Positions 47,467 through 61,341 of a DNA stretch of 64,000 bases are shown here, in pieces. Within the stretch, counting starts at the first letter, position 1. The number at the start of each line of letters is the position of its first letter. The translations under genes were made by a program, and so were the position numbers. Location: contig OZ024747.1 in the NCBI GenBank assembly GCA_964016885.1, positions 15,562,001 to 15,626,000 on the forward strand, in the 5' to 3' direction. Below the pieces are notes generated by a model. The model saw only the letters and a program-made list of their open reading frames with translations. It ran no database searches and was not told where the DNA came from. Source of the stretch: Eledone cirrhosa (taxonomy: Eukaryota).

Positions 47467-48181
47467 CTAGCAGCAGTATACAGCGTTGCCTGGGTAGGTA
47501 AAATAATATCTGCCTTGATGAAAAGCTGTTGATCTTAGCGACTGCTTCTCGATGACTCATCTATGGCCACACACATGCCATGCGGGGGAGGGTGGTGATG
47601 ACCTCTATCACTGAGAAACGCGGGTGACTGACGAAGGGGAATACTGGTGGAGGGAGTTTCGAATTTGAATGAAATCAGTTGAAAAATGTGGGAGCTAGAG
47701 CCGAAAAGGCGGAAATTTGAGCGAAAAGGTGGTATTTTCGTATATTTAAGCGGCTGCCACGCCGTTCCTGAACAAAAGTTTCAAAATGTAGAGACACCTT
47801 AAGACGTGAAATCATCAGATCTAGCGTAGTGTAAAATTTGAACAAAGTAGGTTGATTAATGTGGGAGCTAGAGCCTAAAAAGTCGATTACAGGATGTGTA
47901 ATGATAAATTCTATTTTGCTTTAAAATTTGAACGAAATCGGTGGATAAATATGGGAGTTACAGCCAAAAATGTTATTTGTCGATACCTAAAAAAAGGTGA
48001 CCCCCCCCCCCCCCCTATCGATTTTTATCTGCAGAATGACCCCGGAATAAAAAAAACGATACGCTGATATATAGAAAACACTCCCCGATGACTAATCCAT
48101 GAGCCTGTAAAGATTGTAGGCCCCTATAGGTATTACACGGACACACAAACTCACACATACTTAATTTTATATATATACAGA
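47467..48181 (-). mobile_element. Non-autonomous Helitron
   Basis: The minus strand starts TC(tgtatatatataaaa) and ends ...cccaggcaacgctgtatactgctgCTAG with a degenerate subterminal hairpin. It is inserted between A and T with no TSD. The empty site can be rebuilt from the opposite palindrome arm. Confidence 0.75.
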
Positions 48182-48191
48182 TTATAGATAT

Positions 48192-48246
48192 ACTGCTATA
48201 TATATTTCGGTGACAGCCATCATTGGCTGTGACCTCTTCAGGCAGT
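48192..48246 (-). ncRNA. Type I hammerhead ribozyme motif (inverted partner of 48358-48412)
   Basis: ACUGC-CUGAAGA-GGUcACAGCCA-auga-UGGCUGUcACC-GAAA-UAUAUA-UA-GCAGU. Confidence 0.85.
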
Positions 48247-48357
48247 CCGAATTCGTGTGGGAATAACAATACAACCAGGAGCTGGACATATCGATGTATT
48301 GACGGAGTAAAACACACTTCAACAACATGTGTACCTGTCTTTCCCACACCAATTCGG

Positions 48358-48412
48358 ACTGCCTGAAGAGGTCACAGCCAATGATGGTTGTCACCGAAAT
48401 ATATATAGCAGT
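48358..48412 (+). ncRNA. Type I hammerhead ribozyme motif
   Basis: Stem I ACUGC/GCAGU; core CUGAAGA 48363-48369; 10-bp stem II; GAAA 48396-48399; palindromic stem III AUAUAUAU; predicted cut after 48407; AATAAA about 20 nt downstream. Confidence 0.85.
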
Positions 48413-48730
48413 ATATCTCCAATTTATAATAAACGAAGCCAAATTTTACATATTTGACTTAATTATTTTATATATATACAAATAAAGATTCAGCGAGAAT
48501 CGCATTTCGGCGGGCAGGAAAAGCGAAGCGAAACGCAAAAATCAGATATGATACTGGCAAAGTACACCATAGTTAAAAACCAGAGCTAAACAATGTGTTA
48601 AGAAGCCATACAAAACTGAAAAAAGTGGTCACGTAGGCATTAACCACCCAAGCCAAAAACCAAATCAAGCTAAAGAGGTCAAAACAAAATAGATGATATA
48701 TATATATATATATTTATATAACAAAATAAA

Positions 48731-48781
<51 letters not shown>

Positions 48782-49173
48782 TATATAACGAAGGAGGTGT
48801 GGTAAGAAACCAGGCGGACCCTAACGAACCAGAGTACTCAATACTTAGGGTAGTAGAGTGGGTAATAGGAAACTGTTTAACCCCGACGGTAGCGCTCAAG
48901 CCTTTTCGACGGCTATTTCTGGACCATATATATATAAATAAAATGGCGAGTTGTGTGGTTACAAGTAAGTATAATGAAAAATAAAAGTTACGGTTGAAAG
49001 AGAGGAATATCCCTCGTCAGTTGTCTAATAGGAATCATAGGTATTTCTTCGCGTTAGAGACAAGATACCTCAGCCTAGGGCGAACAAAAACTAAAATAAG
49101 TTATTGGGATAAAAAATGTAGGGGAGGGGGAGAAAACATGTAAACAGACACGAAGGGTGAAGGTCTTTACGTT

Positions 49174-49361
49174 GCGGTGGATTGCCAGTACCGGTAGAGG
49201 GTCGGACGCCATGCTTTCCAGCATAGTTACGTCCCTTTACGATCTGAGTTCAAATCCCGCCGAGGTTGACTTTGCCTTTTATCCTTACGGGGCCGATAAC
49301 ATAAAGTATCAGTAATAGACTGGATAATTGCTGGCCTTGTGCCTAAAGTAGAAACAATTAT
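49174..49361 (+). mobile_element. SINE copy
   Basis: Near-identical to 38025-38210 and to the reverse complement of 63106-63279. Confidence 0.85.
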
Positions 49362-49581
49362 TTATATATATATATACTCGTATATATATATATGTATGAG
49401 AAGATTTTCCAGAGATAACTTGAACCGTTAAGGTATATCATCCTTGGTCATGTCAAATATTTATAAAACATTTTGTATTTTATCTGATGATAGCGTACCA
49501 AAATGTTGGTACCCTAAAAATATATATAATAGAATAAATATGGTTTTATAAATATAGTTTCCATTTAATTAATATCAATTG

Positions 49582-49639
<58 letters not shown>

Positions 49640-50034
49640 GTATATATATATAGTAATAATAGTAAATTTGAAGACTAAAATTCAAAGTTTCAGAAGATGC
49701 CGTTAAGGGTGAAAGCAGCGATTCTTTGCTTAAACTTTAATCTGTTATTTTAATAAATATATATATATATATGTATACATATACTGTATATATATTCGGG
49801 ATTGAACCAGTTTTAAACTATTTAGACTATTATTCAAGAGAGTATTCGATACTTGGGTCAGTAGTATATGGTTATATATATAGATGTTTGTGCGCGCGTG
49901 TGTGTGTGTGTGAGTGTGTGTGTTTATGTATGTTCGCGTGTGTGTTGATTTGTTAAAACGAAGTATATATGGTGGGACTGTTTGTAAGGATGACCGTGAG
50001 CATAGATGTATGTGTACTTCTTTGGAATCTTACA

Positions 50035-50132
<98 letters not shown>

Positions 50133-50153
50133 TATATATATAGAGAGAGAGAG

Positions 50154-50190
<37 letters not shown>

Positions 50191-50205
50191 TATATATATA
50201 GAGAG

Positions 50206-50246
<41 letters not shown>

Positions 50247-51100
50247 TATATATAGAGAGAGAGAGAGAAAGAGCGAGAGAGAGAGAGAGAGATAGAGAGA
50301 GAGATAGGTGGGGTGAGAGAACGAGTTTTGATTAAATGAGAGTTTAGTTATAGTTTGTATGTGTGACAAAATCTGTATCTGTATATAGAAGTTTAGATAT
50401 TATATATATATATTAGTTAATATATGCAAGTTATAGTGACTTTTGCTTACACTGTATCAAGTATATATAAGTTTATTTGTAAGCACTTATATTCTTGATT
50501 ATGAATGATATACGTATGTATCTGCACACATTTTGTATGCATAGAATATGTGTATATTAATGTCTAGGCTATCATTTGTCCGACCATCTGCTAAGATTTT
50601 TTCATATAAAACACATCTAAATGTGCTTTTTTTCTTGTGGTTCTGCCCCTATGTCGATAGGTAAATGTATGTAAATTTAACACCATATGCCATCACTTAA
50701 AGTTAGACAGAGTGTTGTGCTATAAATGCTTAAATACCTCGTCTTTATTCCATATTGTTAGTCTATTGTAGCATACTTACTCTGAGCTTGAATAAAATAT
50801 CTCTTAGATTTAACAATTAAACTGATTTACTGCTCTTATATGTAGCAGATGTAAGTTGTGGGTGGCCGATGCGAAAGGAAGGCAGAAAAATATAAACACT
50901 ATAGGGGGTTTATATGTTGACACTGTTACGGTTACAACGTTGTTCTATGCAACCGAGAAACTTAATATCTGAGTTCAATAATTGAGTGCAACTGACCTTA
51001 CTCTAATAAGTTAGAATATAACGATATAACTCACCTTTGTGCAGTGTATCCCTGCTTCAGCAGAATAAATAGTTGAGAACTACAGATTTATATATATATT

Positions 51101-51139
<39 letters not shown>

Positions 51140-51163
51140 GTGTGTGTATGTGTGTGTGTGTGT

Positions 51164-51224
<61 letters not shown>

Positions 51225-51405
51225 TGTGTGTGTGTGTGTGTGTAAAAGGTAAACAGTAATGACAACACAATCGGTACAGTATATGGAATGGATATATTAG
51301 GTTAACTCTTGATATAGCAAGAAGAGCGTCGCTATATAAATATATATATGTGTGTGTGTATGTGTAAGAGTGAATAAGGGTACGCTTATGCATAAGATAT
51401 ATATA

Positions 51406-51555
<150 letters not shown>

Positions 51556-51566
51556 CATACATATAC

Positions 51567-51615
<49 letters not shown>

Positions 51616-51648
51616 CATATATACATATATATATATATGCCTATATAA

Positions 51649-51682
<34 letters not shown>

Positions 51683-51696
51683 GTATATATGTAGAT

Positions 51697-52128
51697 GTTC
51701 TATTTAAATTGTTAGGATACAACAAGCAAATATTTTTATAACTGATATAAAGCACTCAACAAATTATTGGAGTAAAAATACGATATATTAACAAATGGAA
51801 ACTATATTTATAAAACCATATTTATTTCATCATACATATTTCAAGGACACCAAGTTAAATTATGGTGTGCTTTCATCAGATAAAATATAATATAGAGCAG
51901 TTTTATATATAAATATTGACATACCCTTAAATAATGCGACCATATCTGTTGGAAGCTCCCGGAAGCTTCCAACAGAAATGGTCGCATTCTTTAAGGGTAT
52001 GTCAATATATATTTATAAAACTGCTCTATATTATATTTCATCTGATGAAAGCACACCATAATTTAACTTGGTGTCCTTGAAATATGTATAATGAAATAAA
52101 TATAGTTTCCATTTGTTAATATATCGTA
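51697..52128. mobile_element. HHR-bearing repeat forming a ~350-bp palindrome (51779-52128); relatives at 40518-40670, 49425-49575 and 62793-63078
   Basis: Symmetry centre ggaagctcccggaagcttcc (51951-51970). The + HHR at 52034-52098 reads UAUUUCAU-CUGAUGA-AAGcACACCA...UGGUGUcCUU-GAAA-UAUGUA-UA-AUGAAAUA. The minus copy at 51823-51887 has a non-cleavable AUG triplet. Confidence 0.85.
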
Positions 52129-52134
52129 TATATA

Positions 52135-52235
<101 letters not shown>

Positions 52236-53700
52236 TATACATAAGCATATGTGCATCAACATATCTATATGTATAAAGAGAGAGAAGGATCGAGAGTAAA
52301 TGAGATTGAATGAAATAGACAAATAGAGAGCTAAATATTACAATGGGTGTATAGATGTGTAGTTAGAATCTTCACCCCCTCTCTCTATATATATATATAT
52401 TTATTAAAATATATACACGTGTCTGTCAAATCTAACAACAAATATGTTTCCTTTTTCCTACCGAACTTCAAGAAAAATGATGATGTAGGATTGCGATATG
52501 AAACAAGATTGTTAATATGATAAAGTAGAGTACATCTATATGATACCGGAAATAATAAAACGAAAGAGCGAATACAGAATAAGGAAAATATAACCCATTA
52601 AAATAAATGGAAATAACTACTATTATGCAGTTGTATGATTTAAAAGTTTTGAGGAAACATTAGATTGAAGATAAACACTAAATTAACGAGAAAAAACATT
52701 TAAAGGAAGTGTTTGTGTGTAGAGAAAAAAAAAAAACAGGACAGCGAAGAAGAGAGAGTGTGGTAGAGTTATAGAATATAAAGGTAGAGACAAACATCAA
52801 GTCTTCGTGAATGTTTAAAGATAACGAGGTAAAAACGTAATAAATTTGTCCAACACAATGTTATTTGATTACAGCAATACCCACACGGGAAACAAACGCT
52901 TTCCTTTTATAATACGATCACGCAGAAGATCATTAGATGGTAATACAGATATTTAAATTAATCAGATGTAAATTGCGAGATAACACTTAAAGGAGAAAGA
53001 ATGATAAATTGGAAATAATTTGTCTAACAGTTGAAATTAAAATAGCAATTTTATCACGGGTCTGCCATGCTTACAAAGTGATTGCGTCGCTGCAATTGTG
53101 CTACTGATTTAATAGTCCATATTATTTACTTAATATATCAGTCTTTAGGTACAATTCGGTAAAAGTGCTTTTCACTGCATACCCAATGAGGCGATCCCAA
53201 GAGTATTTTAAGTCGTACGCTTTAATCGTGGCATGTGTTGAAGTGTATATATTCCACACCTTAATTGTGTAGCGACTATGTGATGACAATAAAACGCACA
53301 GCGGATAAGAGTAGGGGGAGATAGATAAGAAACAAATATGAATATGTGTATGTGCGTGTGTTTTTATGTGTGTGTATGTATGTATCTGTATGTGTGTGTA
53401 TGTGTGTGTGTAAGTGTGTGTATACGCACATATTAATACCTTCCTATTAAATACTTGTCCCCTTTAGGAAGAAAAAGAGATACGCTGATCCATTTTTTTC
53501 TCTACCACCGAAATGGATTGTAATCTTATTTATATATGCCCAATGCGCGTGTTTACACTCTGCAACGACGACTAAAAGCTTCTCAATAGAGTATACGCAA
53601 AACAATGCATTCTTCATCAATAAATATTTAATTGTCCAAGCTTAGAGCAAAGTGCAATCTATGCAAATCTTATTTTCCAATTTAGAGAAGTCAATTGCAG

Positions 53701-53738
<38 letters not shown>

Positions 53739-54166
53739 CTTTGAGGACAGAAAATGATGTGTGGCTTCGGTGTGTTCTCCAATATGGGACCGGAATAGGT
53801 ATGGCCGATCATATTCCCTGCCTACCATCTCATTAGTGACACATCTGTCCATTATTGTCGGCTTATATCTCTGTTACATGAGACAATACTCACTGTTAGA
53901 TTTGAATATTTCAGACAGCCAGTTGTGAAAACAAATAGATGGCAACAGATAAATCAGATGTGTTACGGCATAGTTTGATAAATTTTGAATTGAATAGATT
54001 TCCATTTGAAAAACATTTTTCACGTTTTATTTGCAAACATTTTGCCAAAAATGTTTAAAATGTATAAAGTCGAATTATCAGGGTTTTGTTTTACTACATT
54101 TTAATTGATCGAGACGGCACTTGACCCTCTTAAATAAACGATAATAGATAATACGAGAATGTGTTT

Positions 54167-54335
54167 AGAATGTCTCAGGAAAGAACAGCTGTACAGATTT
54201 TACGTGCAGAACCACCCGCTGGAGACCCAGTAGTAGACCCGAGCAAGATAGATAACATCCATGAGGTCACGCTTGGGGATCCAACTAGATAAATTGGATA
54301 CAGTTGCTTATGACAGTACTCGCTGACAAGATAGT
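54167..54335 (+). mobile_element. Degraded RTE 3' fragment
   Basis: [17 protein letters not shown].../RP...DNIHE...RLGIQLDKL, homologous to 4440-4720. Confidence 0.6.
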
Positions 54336-54442
54336 CAAGCATATATATATATATATATGTTTGTGTGTGTGTGTGCACATATATATATATGAGGAAACAA
54401 ACACAGATATACGCACGTACGCACACACTAACATATATATAT

Positions 54443-54539
<97 letters not shown>

Positions 54540-54630
54540 CATATATACATACATATATATTTATACATATATACATACATATATATATATACATACATAT
54601 ATACATATATATACATATATATATATATAT

Positions 54631-54876
54631 GTAACTACCCTTGCAAACAAGACCTGGCAACTAAGGGAAAGTAACCATCAATACACCCTGAAGTGGAAAA
54701 AATTATCGAACGCGCCCCCATATCGGAGTGGTATGAGAAGCTGTCGATTATGCGACCTTGAGCTGTTCCACATCTTAAGTTCGAAGAATAGGTTACTCAA
54801 CAATAAAATTGAGATATCAATTTATTGTAACCATAGACTCAAAGAGAAGTTTTCGCACTACAAATCGAACCCTTAA
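54631..54876 (+). pseudogene. Penelope-like element GIY-YIG endonuclease C-terminal fragment (5'-truncated)
   Basis: [48 protein letters not shown]...[17 protein letters not shown] matches the recalled PLE pattern T-x-LS-x-x-IW-x-LK...W...Y...C-x-LC-x-x-E...LLN-x-x-x-E...C-x-H. Confidence 0.7.
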
Positions 54877-55107
54877 CCTCTTACTACCAACTGACAAACT
54901 GCATATACTTAGACGTTATACCCTCTTATATCTAAACCCTTTAATAACCCACAAAACCAATACATATATCCCCCTCTTCTCCCTCATTCCTCTTCTATTT
55001 CTTCGTTTTCTTCCTTCCTTCCCCCTTCTCGGCTATCTTTTCTTTTCTTCTTTCTCACCCCCTTCTTCGCCTTTATTTTTGTCATTATTATCTTTATTTT
55101 TATTTTT

Positions 55108-55146
<39 letters not shown>

Positions 55147-55150
<4 letters not shown>

Positions 55151-55960
55151 ATACTTTGGGAGGGTCATGTTGCCAATAAGAAACACACGCACCAGTTGCT
55201 TTCACTTCAATTTATTATAATACATTTATAATAAATTTATAAATTTATAAATTTCTGGTTGGTTGGTTGGTTCCACAACCAGATAGTTGTTTATATATAG
55301 TCATAGTTCTTTCGTCACACACTCTGTGACCTCTTCAGTGACTGGGGATTCCTTTCTTTGTTTCTGTGCCCCTCCTTTGTTCTGTCCTACGCCATTTTGT
55401 TTCTGTGTGTGTGTTGTGTGCTCAGTCTGCGCATGCGCCACATCCGGGTGTCTGTGTGTGTTTATGTTCATTTATTTATTTGTTTATTTACATGTTACTG
55501 GTTGGTTGTTTGTTCTATGTGTGTGTGTGTTTTCATTTTGTCCTTAATTGTAAGTTGTGATGTTGCTGTTCCACTCATATTTTCTATTTAATTTTGGTTG
55601 TAATTATTTTATGTTTATTGCCTCTGTAATTTGTCTAAACATTGCGTCTTTTCTGTGTGTAGATTCTATTTTTATTTTTATGTTCTCTAATTTACCCTTG
55701 TGTTCTATTTTAGCATGTTGGTAAAGTACAGATGATTCTTTACTATCTTGAAGGTCTCGCCAGTGTTCATTTATCCGTTAGGAACGGTAAATTAGAGAAC
55801 ATAGAAATAAAAATAGAGAACATAGAAATAAAAATAGAATCTACACACAGAAAAGACGCAATGTTTAGACAAATTACAGAGGCAATAAACATAAAAGAAT
55901 TACAACCAAATTAGAGAACATAGAAATAAAAAATAGAATCTACACACAGAAAAGACGTGA
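55147..55960 (-). mobile_element. Penelope-like element 3' end with GIY-YIG remnant, HHR-bearing terminal repeat and 5' inverted duplication
   Basis: Minus strand 55744-55555 reads KESSVLYQHAKIEHKGKLENIKIKIESTHRKDAMFRQITEAINIK*LQPKLNRKYEW (PLE endonuclease E-A-x-x-I...P-x-LN motif). Downstream are an HHR at 55299-55343, AATAAA and a tail shared with 8961-9020. 55787-55912 is an inverted copy of about 55592-55697. Confidence 0.8.
55299..55343 (-). ncRNA. Minimal type I hammerhead ribozyme motif
   Basis: AGUCA-CUGAAGA-g-GUCAC-agagu-GUGAC-GAAA-GAAC-UA-UGACU. Stems I and II are perfect 5-bp helices and stem III is minimal. Confidence 0.85.
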
Positions 55961-56223
55961 ACAACAATTATAATTAAGTGGCAGCTATTTGCAGTATAGC
56001 AATATAAGGTTGCACTTACCAATGAAACGGTCGTAAATACCTGGATAAAATCCTTCTCTTAATGCTTACCTGCGTTTTTTTCTTTTATACTTTATACTCC
56101 AAGATTGAACGGAATTCTCACAAACTTGTGGAGTTGCCCCTAACCGTACGTTGAAACCATCCATGAAACTGGCTTTCTTAACCAAAAACTGGATCACAAT
56201 AAGCAATTTTTTGCTTCTCTAAC

Positions 56224-56258
<35 letters not shown>

Positions 56259-56276
56259 ATACATATATATATATAT

Positions 56277-56344
<68 letters not shown>

Positions 56345-56469
56345 TTACATATATAGTAAAGGAGTCAGGACCCCTACGGCTGAGCTCCGGCCTTTTCGAT
56401 GGCTAGATATCTCTTCAATAACTCTAAATTCGAATATGATAGTTGCGTAGGAGATATACTTACATACAT

Positions 56470-56564
<95 letters not shown>

Positions 56565-58639
56565 CAACTACCGTAAATAGATGCAAACACATTTCACTTC
56601 CGTTTAGTCCTGAAATTATCACGTTTTCTTGACTTATTTAATTTTATTTTTGACTCCTTTTTTCTCTCTTGTGTTTATTTTAGTTTTCTTTACATTATCT
56701 GCTTTATATTCAACAACAGTTGTCATCTTAAGGCAATTGTCATCGTGTTACTTTTATATCTTATATATTATATTTTATGTTTTACTTGAATTGTGATTAC
56801 AGTGTGTAAAATGATTGTTTATATCTATCTATTTTAGAGAGATATAGATGTCATGCAAGGATGAATAAATTTTCTGATTATTATCGAAGTTAATATGAAA
56901 TATAATAAAATAATAAGCCCCCATCCAACGTTTCATTTATAAATTAATAGCTAGAAAAATAATACTTATCTAAATAATGAATAAAAATATAATCCAATTC
57001 CTTAGTAGAAGAATTTCATTTTGGCCTAATATAGTTGTCGAGGACACCAACTCACAAACCTGTAAAAATATACAATTTATCCAATTATGTTCGGGATAAC
57101 GTTGTTTTCTTTTCTTTTTTATGACAATCCACGCAACGCTAAGAATCTTTTGTGATATATTTGTCTTCTGTTTAGTGTTGTTTATTTTATTGTAGAAATA
57201 AGATAATTAGGTATAAATTGAACCTTAAATGTGTTATCAGTAACGGGGGAAATAAAAACACATTTTGTCAACTTATTGAAATACATGTTTAGCAACATTT
57301 CTTTTAGTATGCATTAATCTTAGAATGTAACCGAAAAAAATAAATAAAAGGTTTTTAAAACACGAAAAGTTAACAAATATATCTGTAGTAGTAATACCAC
57401 ATATATTATTGGTAATTTTAGTGAATCAAATCATAGAAAAATATAAGCGGGGAATTCCACTGCTTTGAACATTTTTAGATGAAAAAAATATTTCCATGTC
57501 TTTTGGAAAATAACGTCTAGTATATTTCTGTGCTAAATGTGGAAATATATTAAAGGTTTTATGATTGAAATGCAAGGTTAGCAGCTATAGGCTATTAAGT
57601 AATAACAACTTACTTGGACTTATACTGTATATAAATAACATATCTAAATTATTCTGAATCCAGGCTAATTTCATAATGATTATATCATAAGTATGTACAT
57701 AAACTGTTGTAGTTTACTCTTTTGGATTTTACAATTTAGAATTAGCATGCATTGTAGCGATTATGTCACGTTTTAAACAACGCAAGTATAACTACATCTT
57801 TATACACATTCAACACCTAGAACCTGTTGAAAATGCTACAATTTCTCTGGCAATTTACATTACAAAATAAAATTCGACTCCTCAAAATACTTTTTCTATT
57901 ATGTGATATGTATCAAATAAGAAACTAAAAACTGAATTCGTCAAGTAGTTAATTGGTATGGGTGATGTATAAATCAAAGCGTCATTCACAATGTCTTCGT
58001 TAAATCTCTTCAGTAACTCTAAGATCGGATATGATACTTCCATAGGAGAGATAATATATATCCTATATTTATCAAAGGAGACATTCAGTGTTACTAGGAG
58101 TTATTCCCACACCAAAAGACAATATTTGACCTAAAGTGAAAACGTGAATAAATAGACGTAATAAATTAGTGTTATAAAGACGGGAAACCAAATGTAAATA
58201 TATCAAGTGAACACACAAGAAATACTATAAATGCCATCGTGTAAATAAGTCAAAATCAAAGGAATATAACCAGTAAAAGCAAAGAAGAAGAATACAAATG
58301 GAATGATTAAACAGGTATTTTTCAGCAAATTCAACATAAACTGCATCTATGGCGAAAATATCCCGCCATTCCACCAAGTAATATGCACCATTAACAATAA
58401 CGTGCAATAGACATTAATTTAAAGTAAAAAAAATGTTGATTCTAACAGGAATAACCATTACGGAGCGTTTCGTTTTTTTCTCTGCCTTCTGCGATGGCAA
58501 ATAGATAAGATTTTAGTTTCCTTTTATCTAAAGCGTATGCACTAGAGTTTTGCTTTGATTTTACATCGGATTCATTTACCAGTCTTTAGAAACATTGTCG
58601 ATGCCAAAGTTGAAGTTTGCAATATCCGACGAAAATTGA

Positions 58640-59340
58640 ATTCTAGTTAACTGCAACACTGAACATGGATCAACCCTGCTGCATGTCACATGCAATTGTT
58701 TTGCATCGTTCTATTTACCCGCCTGCAGAAAGTGGTTGATGTCTAATCATGAAAGGAATATGTGAGATGCAAGAGTGGAACGACAATCAGTCAACATATC
58801 CTCACGTTATATTACATCAATAAGATGGATAACGTGTTCCAGCAATCACATGTGGTTAACATTATTGACTTCAAGAAGGCTATCGATAACATGCACAAGA
58901 GGTTTCTGTGAAACATTGTCATGCTATATTGAATGCATACCCCATATTTATATCAACATTTTAAAATCACGTAAAATTAGAAGAATTTGCGGCTACAAAA
59001 CGAAATATGGAAATACAGTGAGGGTTAAAGTTTATAACAAGGCGCATCAGTGATGGGTACTCTTCCATTTGTTTTTCACATGGCATCAAATAGCAACAGG
59101 TAACATCAATCTGACAAACAACAGCTCCAATATTACTCTTTGCATCAGCAATGAAAATACTAAAATAATGATTATTGGGGAACCACATTAGCAAGCCCTA
59201 CAAGTAGTGGATATATTTTTGTGACGGTTTATTCCCTTATATACCTTAGCTGAAACGACGTAAACGAAGATATCTCGGAAACTGATGTGGTGAAGAGATT
59301 TGCTAAAGAAGCAGCTAACTTTTTCAATGCCATAGGTCTC
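58640..59340 (+). mobile_element. Highly degraded LINE reverse transcriptase relic
   Basis: attattgacttcaagaaggctatcgataacatgcac translates as IIDFKKAIDNMH, matching the RT motif FIDFKKAFDSV. Downstream motifs are only faintly recognisable. Confidence 0.5.
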
Positions 59341-59547
59341 CACTAATAAACCCTCCATATTCGAAATGTATACATCTACTCTTCTACCAACAATAACCCA
59401 TTCATTGCAGACGGCTTCTTAGTAGACATTTATGTCGTGTTGTGTGAATCTTTACAGTGGATTGTTTTCGCTACTATGGAAGTTCTTCATATTGAATGGA
59501 TTACTGCGTCCAGAATGCACTTTTCAATATGATTAAATTATGCACAT

Positions 59548-59621
<74 letters not shown>

Positions 59622-60872
59622 GAATACGCACACTACGTTTGTTGCATTTGAATATTGTGTGCAGTGCATACGGAGTCGAGAACGTTTCTTCTGACGTTCA
59701 GCTTCAGAATCCACCTTACAAACCTTTCAGCTTTCGTAAGAATGCCTTTGGCATTATCACTGCAGCATTATCGATCTAATTAGTAGTTTGCCAGATTGCT
59801 TCTCAACTTTTTCTTTCCTTTTTCTTCATTTGATTATAATAATATTTTGTTCACATATAATTCAATATTAATGAATTTAATTATTTAATGTGCTTGACAA
59901 TACAATGCTGAATTTCTCATTTTTTTTTTATTTCCCTTACAGCAGATAATGCCTACATATCCCAGGAGACACACTGAATAATAAAAAAATATATATAGTT
60001 ATCCACTACATGAAATTTGCTGTCTATACTTAACCACGCTAGACAAACATTTTGAAAATAAAGCGCAATGGTTCCATTATATTTCTGGACATTTAGTGAT
60101 CTCAACGTCTTTTTTTTTTTTTTTTTTTTTCTTGTCCTTCTGTAGTATAACCCCGTTGTAAGACATCACAATTCTTGTGATTTGAACATCATTTAGTTAA
60201 AAGCTAACTTTGAAAATATTTACGTTCTGTCTGTGTCTATGAAATTCTAGCCTACTTTTCGGCTAAGTTCTCTCCCTTCCTCGATCCAAATTCATAGGTC
60301 ACAGAGGCTGTATTTCGTTTAATCTAACGCCATGTCTTGTCCTTTTTGCACACAGTTTAACGACTCTCTGCTTTAAGTTATTTTGTATAGTTATTGTTTA
60401 TACGTTTCAACTATATCGTCTGCACTATTTATTTGTAATTCTTCTTGCCACACCCTTGTAAAATATGTCATGTACACTAACGATTGCACCTCATCGTATT
60501 GTTTGTCCCTGGACAGTGACGAATCTTGTTTACTTCGTTCAGCTAATTCTACTCTTCTTTATTTTCCGAACAGTTGTTGTATTCTGACAATGCCCCAAGT
60601 ACTGTGCTATGTTCTAGACGTTACAGTCCCCATCCTTAATATATACAAATCATATACATATATATATATATATTTATATATAAAACAAAGAAAGTGTGGT
60701 AAGAAACCAGGTGGACCATTACGCACCAGAGTACTCGATACTTACGGTAGTAGAGTGGGTAATAGGAAAAGTGTCAGGACGCCGACAAAAGGTGCTCCGG
60801 CCATTTCGACAGCTAGTTCGGATCTAGCTGTCGAAAAGGTTGGAACTCAGCCCTCGGGGACTTGAGCATTTT

Positions 60873-60927
<55 letters not shown>

Positions 60928-61341
60928 GTAGAACACAGGAAGGTAATATCCGTAGTAGTAGAGCACTCCATGAGTATGATGAACTAACTGTTGTGTTACT
61001 ACTTATATATATATATTTATTTCTTGGATAAGAAGAGTTAACAACTGAAGACGTGCTTACGAGGGACATGACAGGACGTCAGGTTCGAAATCACGATCTT
61101 AAGGTATTTAGACGAACACACTAAGATTTAAATCATTGGGAATGTATGCTATTGTTGTGTATCATATTTATTTTACTATCCTGCTAGATAGTGTTTTAAT
61201 ACGCTTATTTCGAATTTGTATTTTAATTTTTGATTTTATTCTTATCCAAATACGTTGCGCATTATGTGTCATGCATGTATTCATCATTATTTTCATCTTT
61301 ATAAAACATTACTCGTTGAATATATATATATATATATATAT

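Noticed and set aside
48985-49025. CUGACGA-GGGA-uau-UCCU on the minus strand
   Set aside because: The GAAA element is disrupted and stem I does not pair. At best a dead relic.
61040-61105. CUGAAGA...GAAAUCACGAUC hammerhead-like spacing
   Set aside because: Stem II and stem I cannot be paired convincingly.
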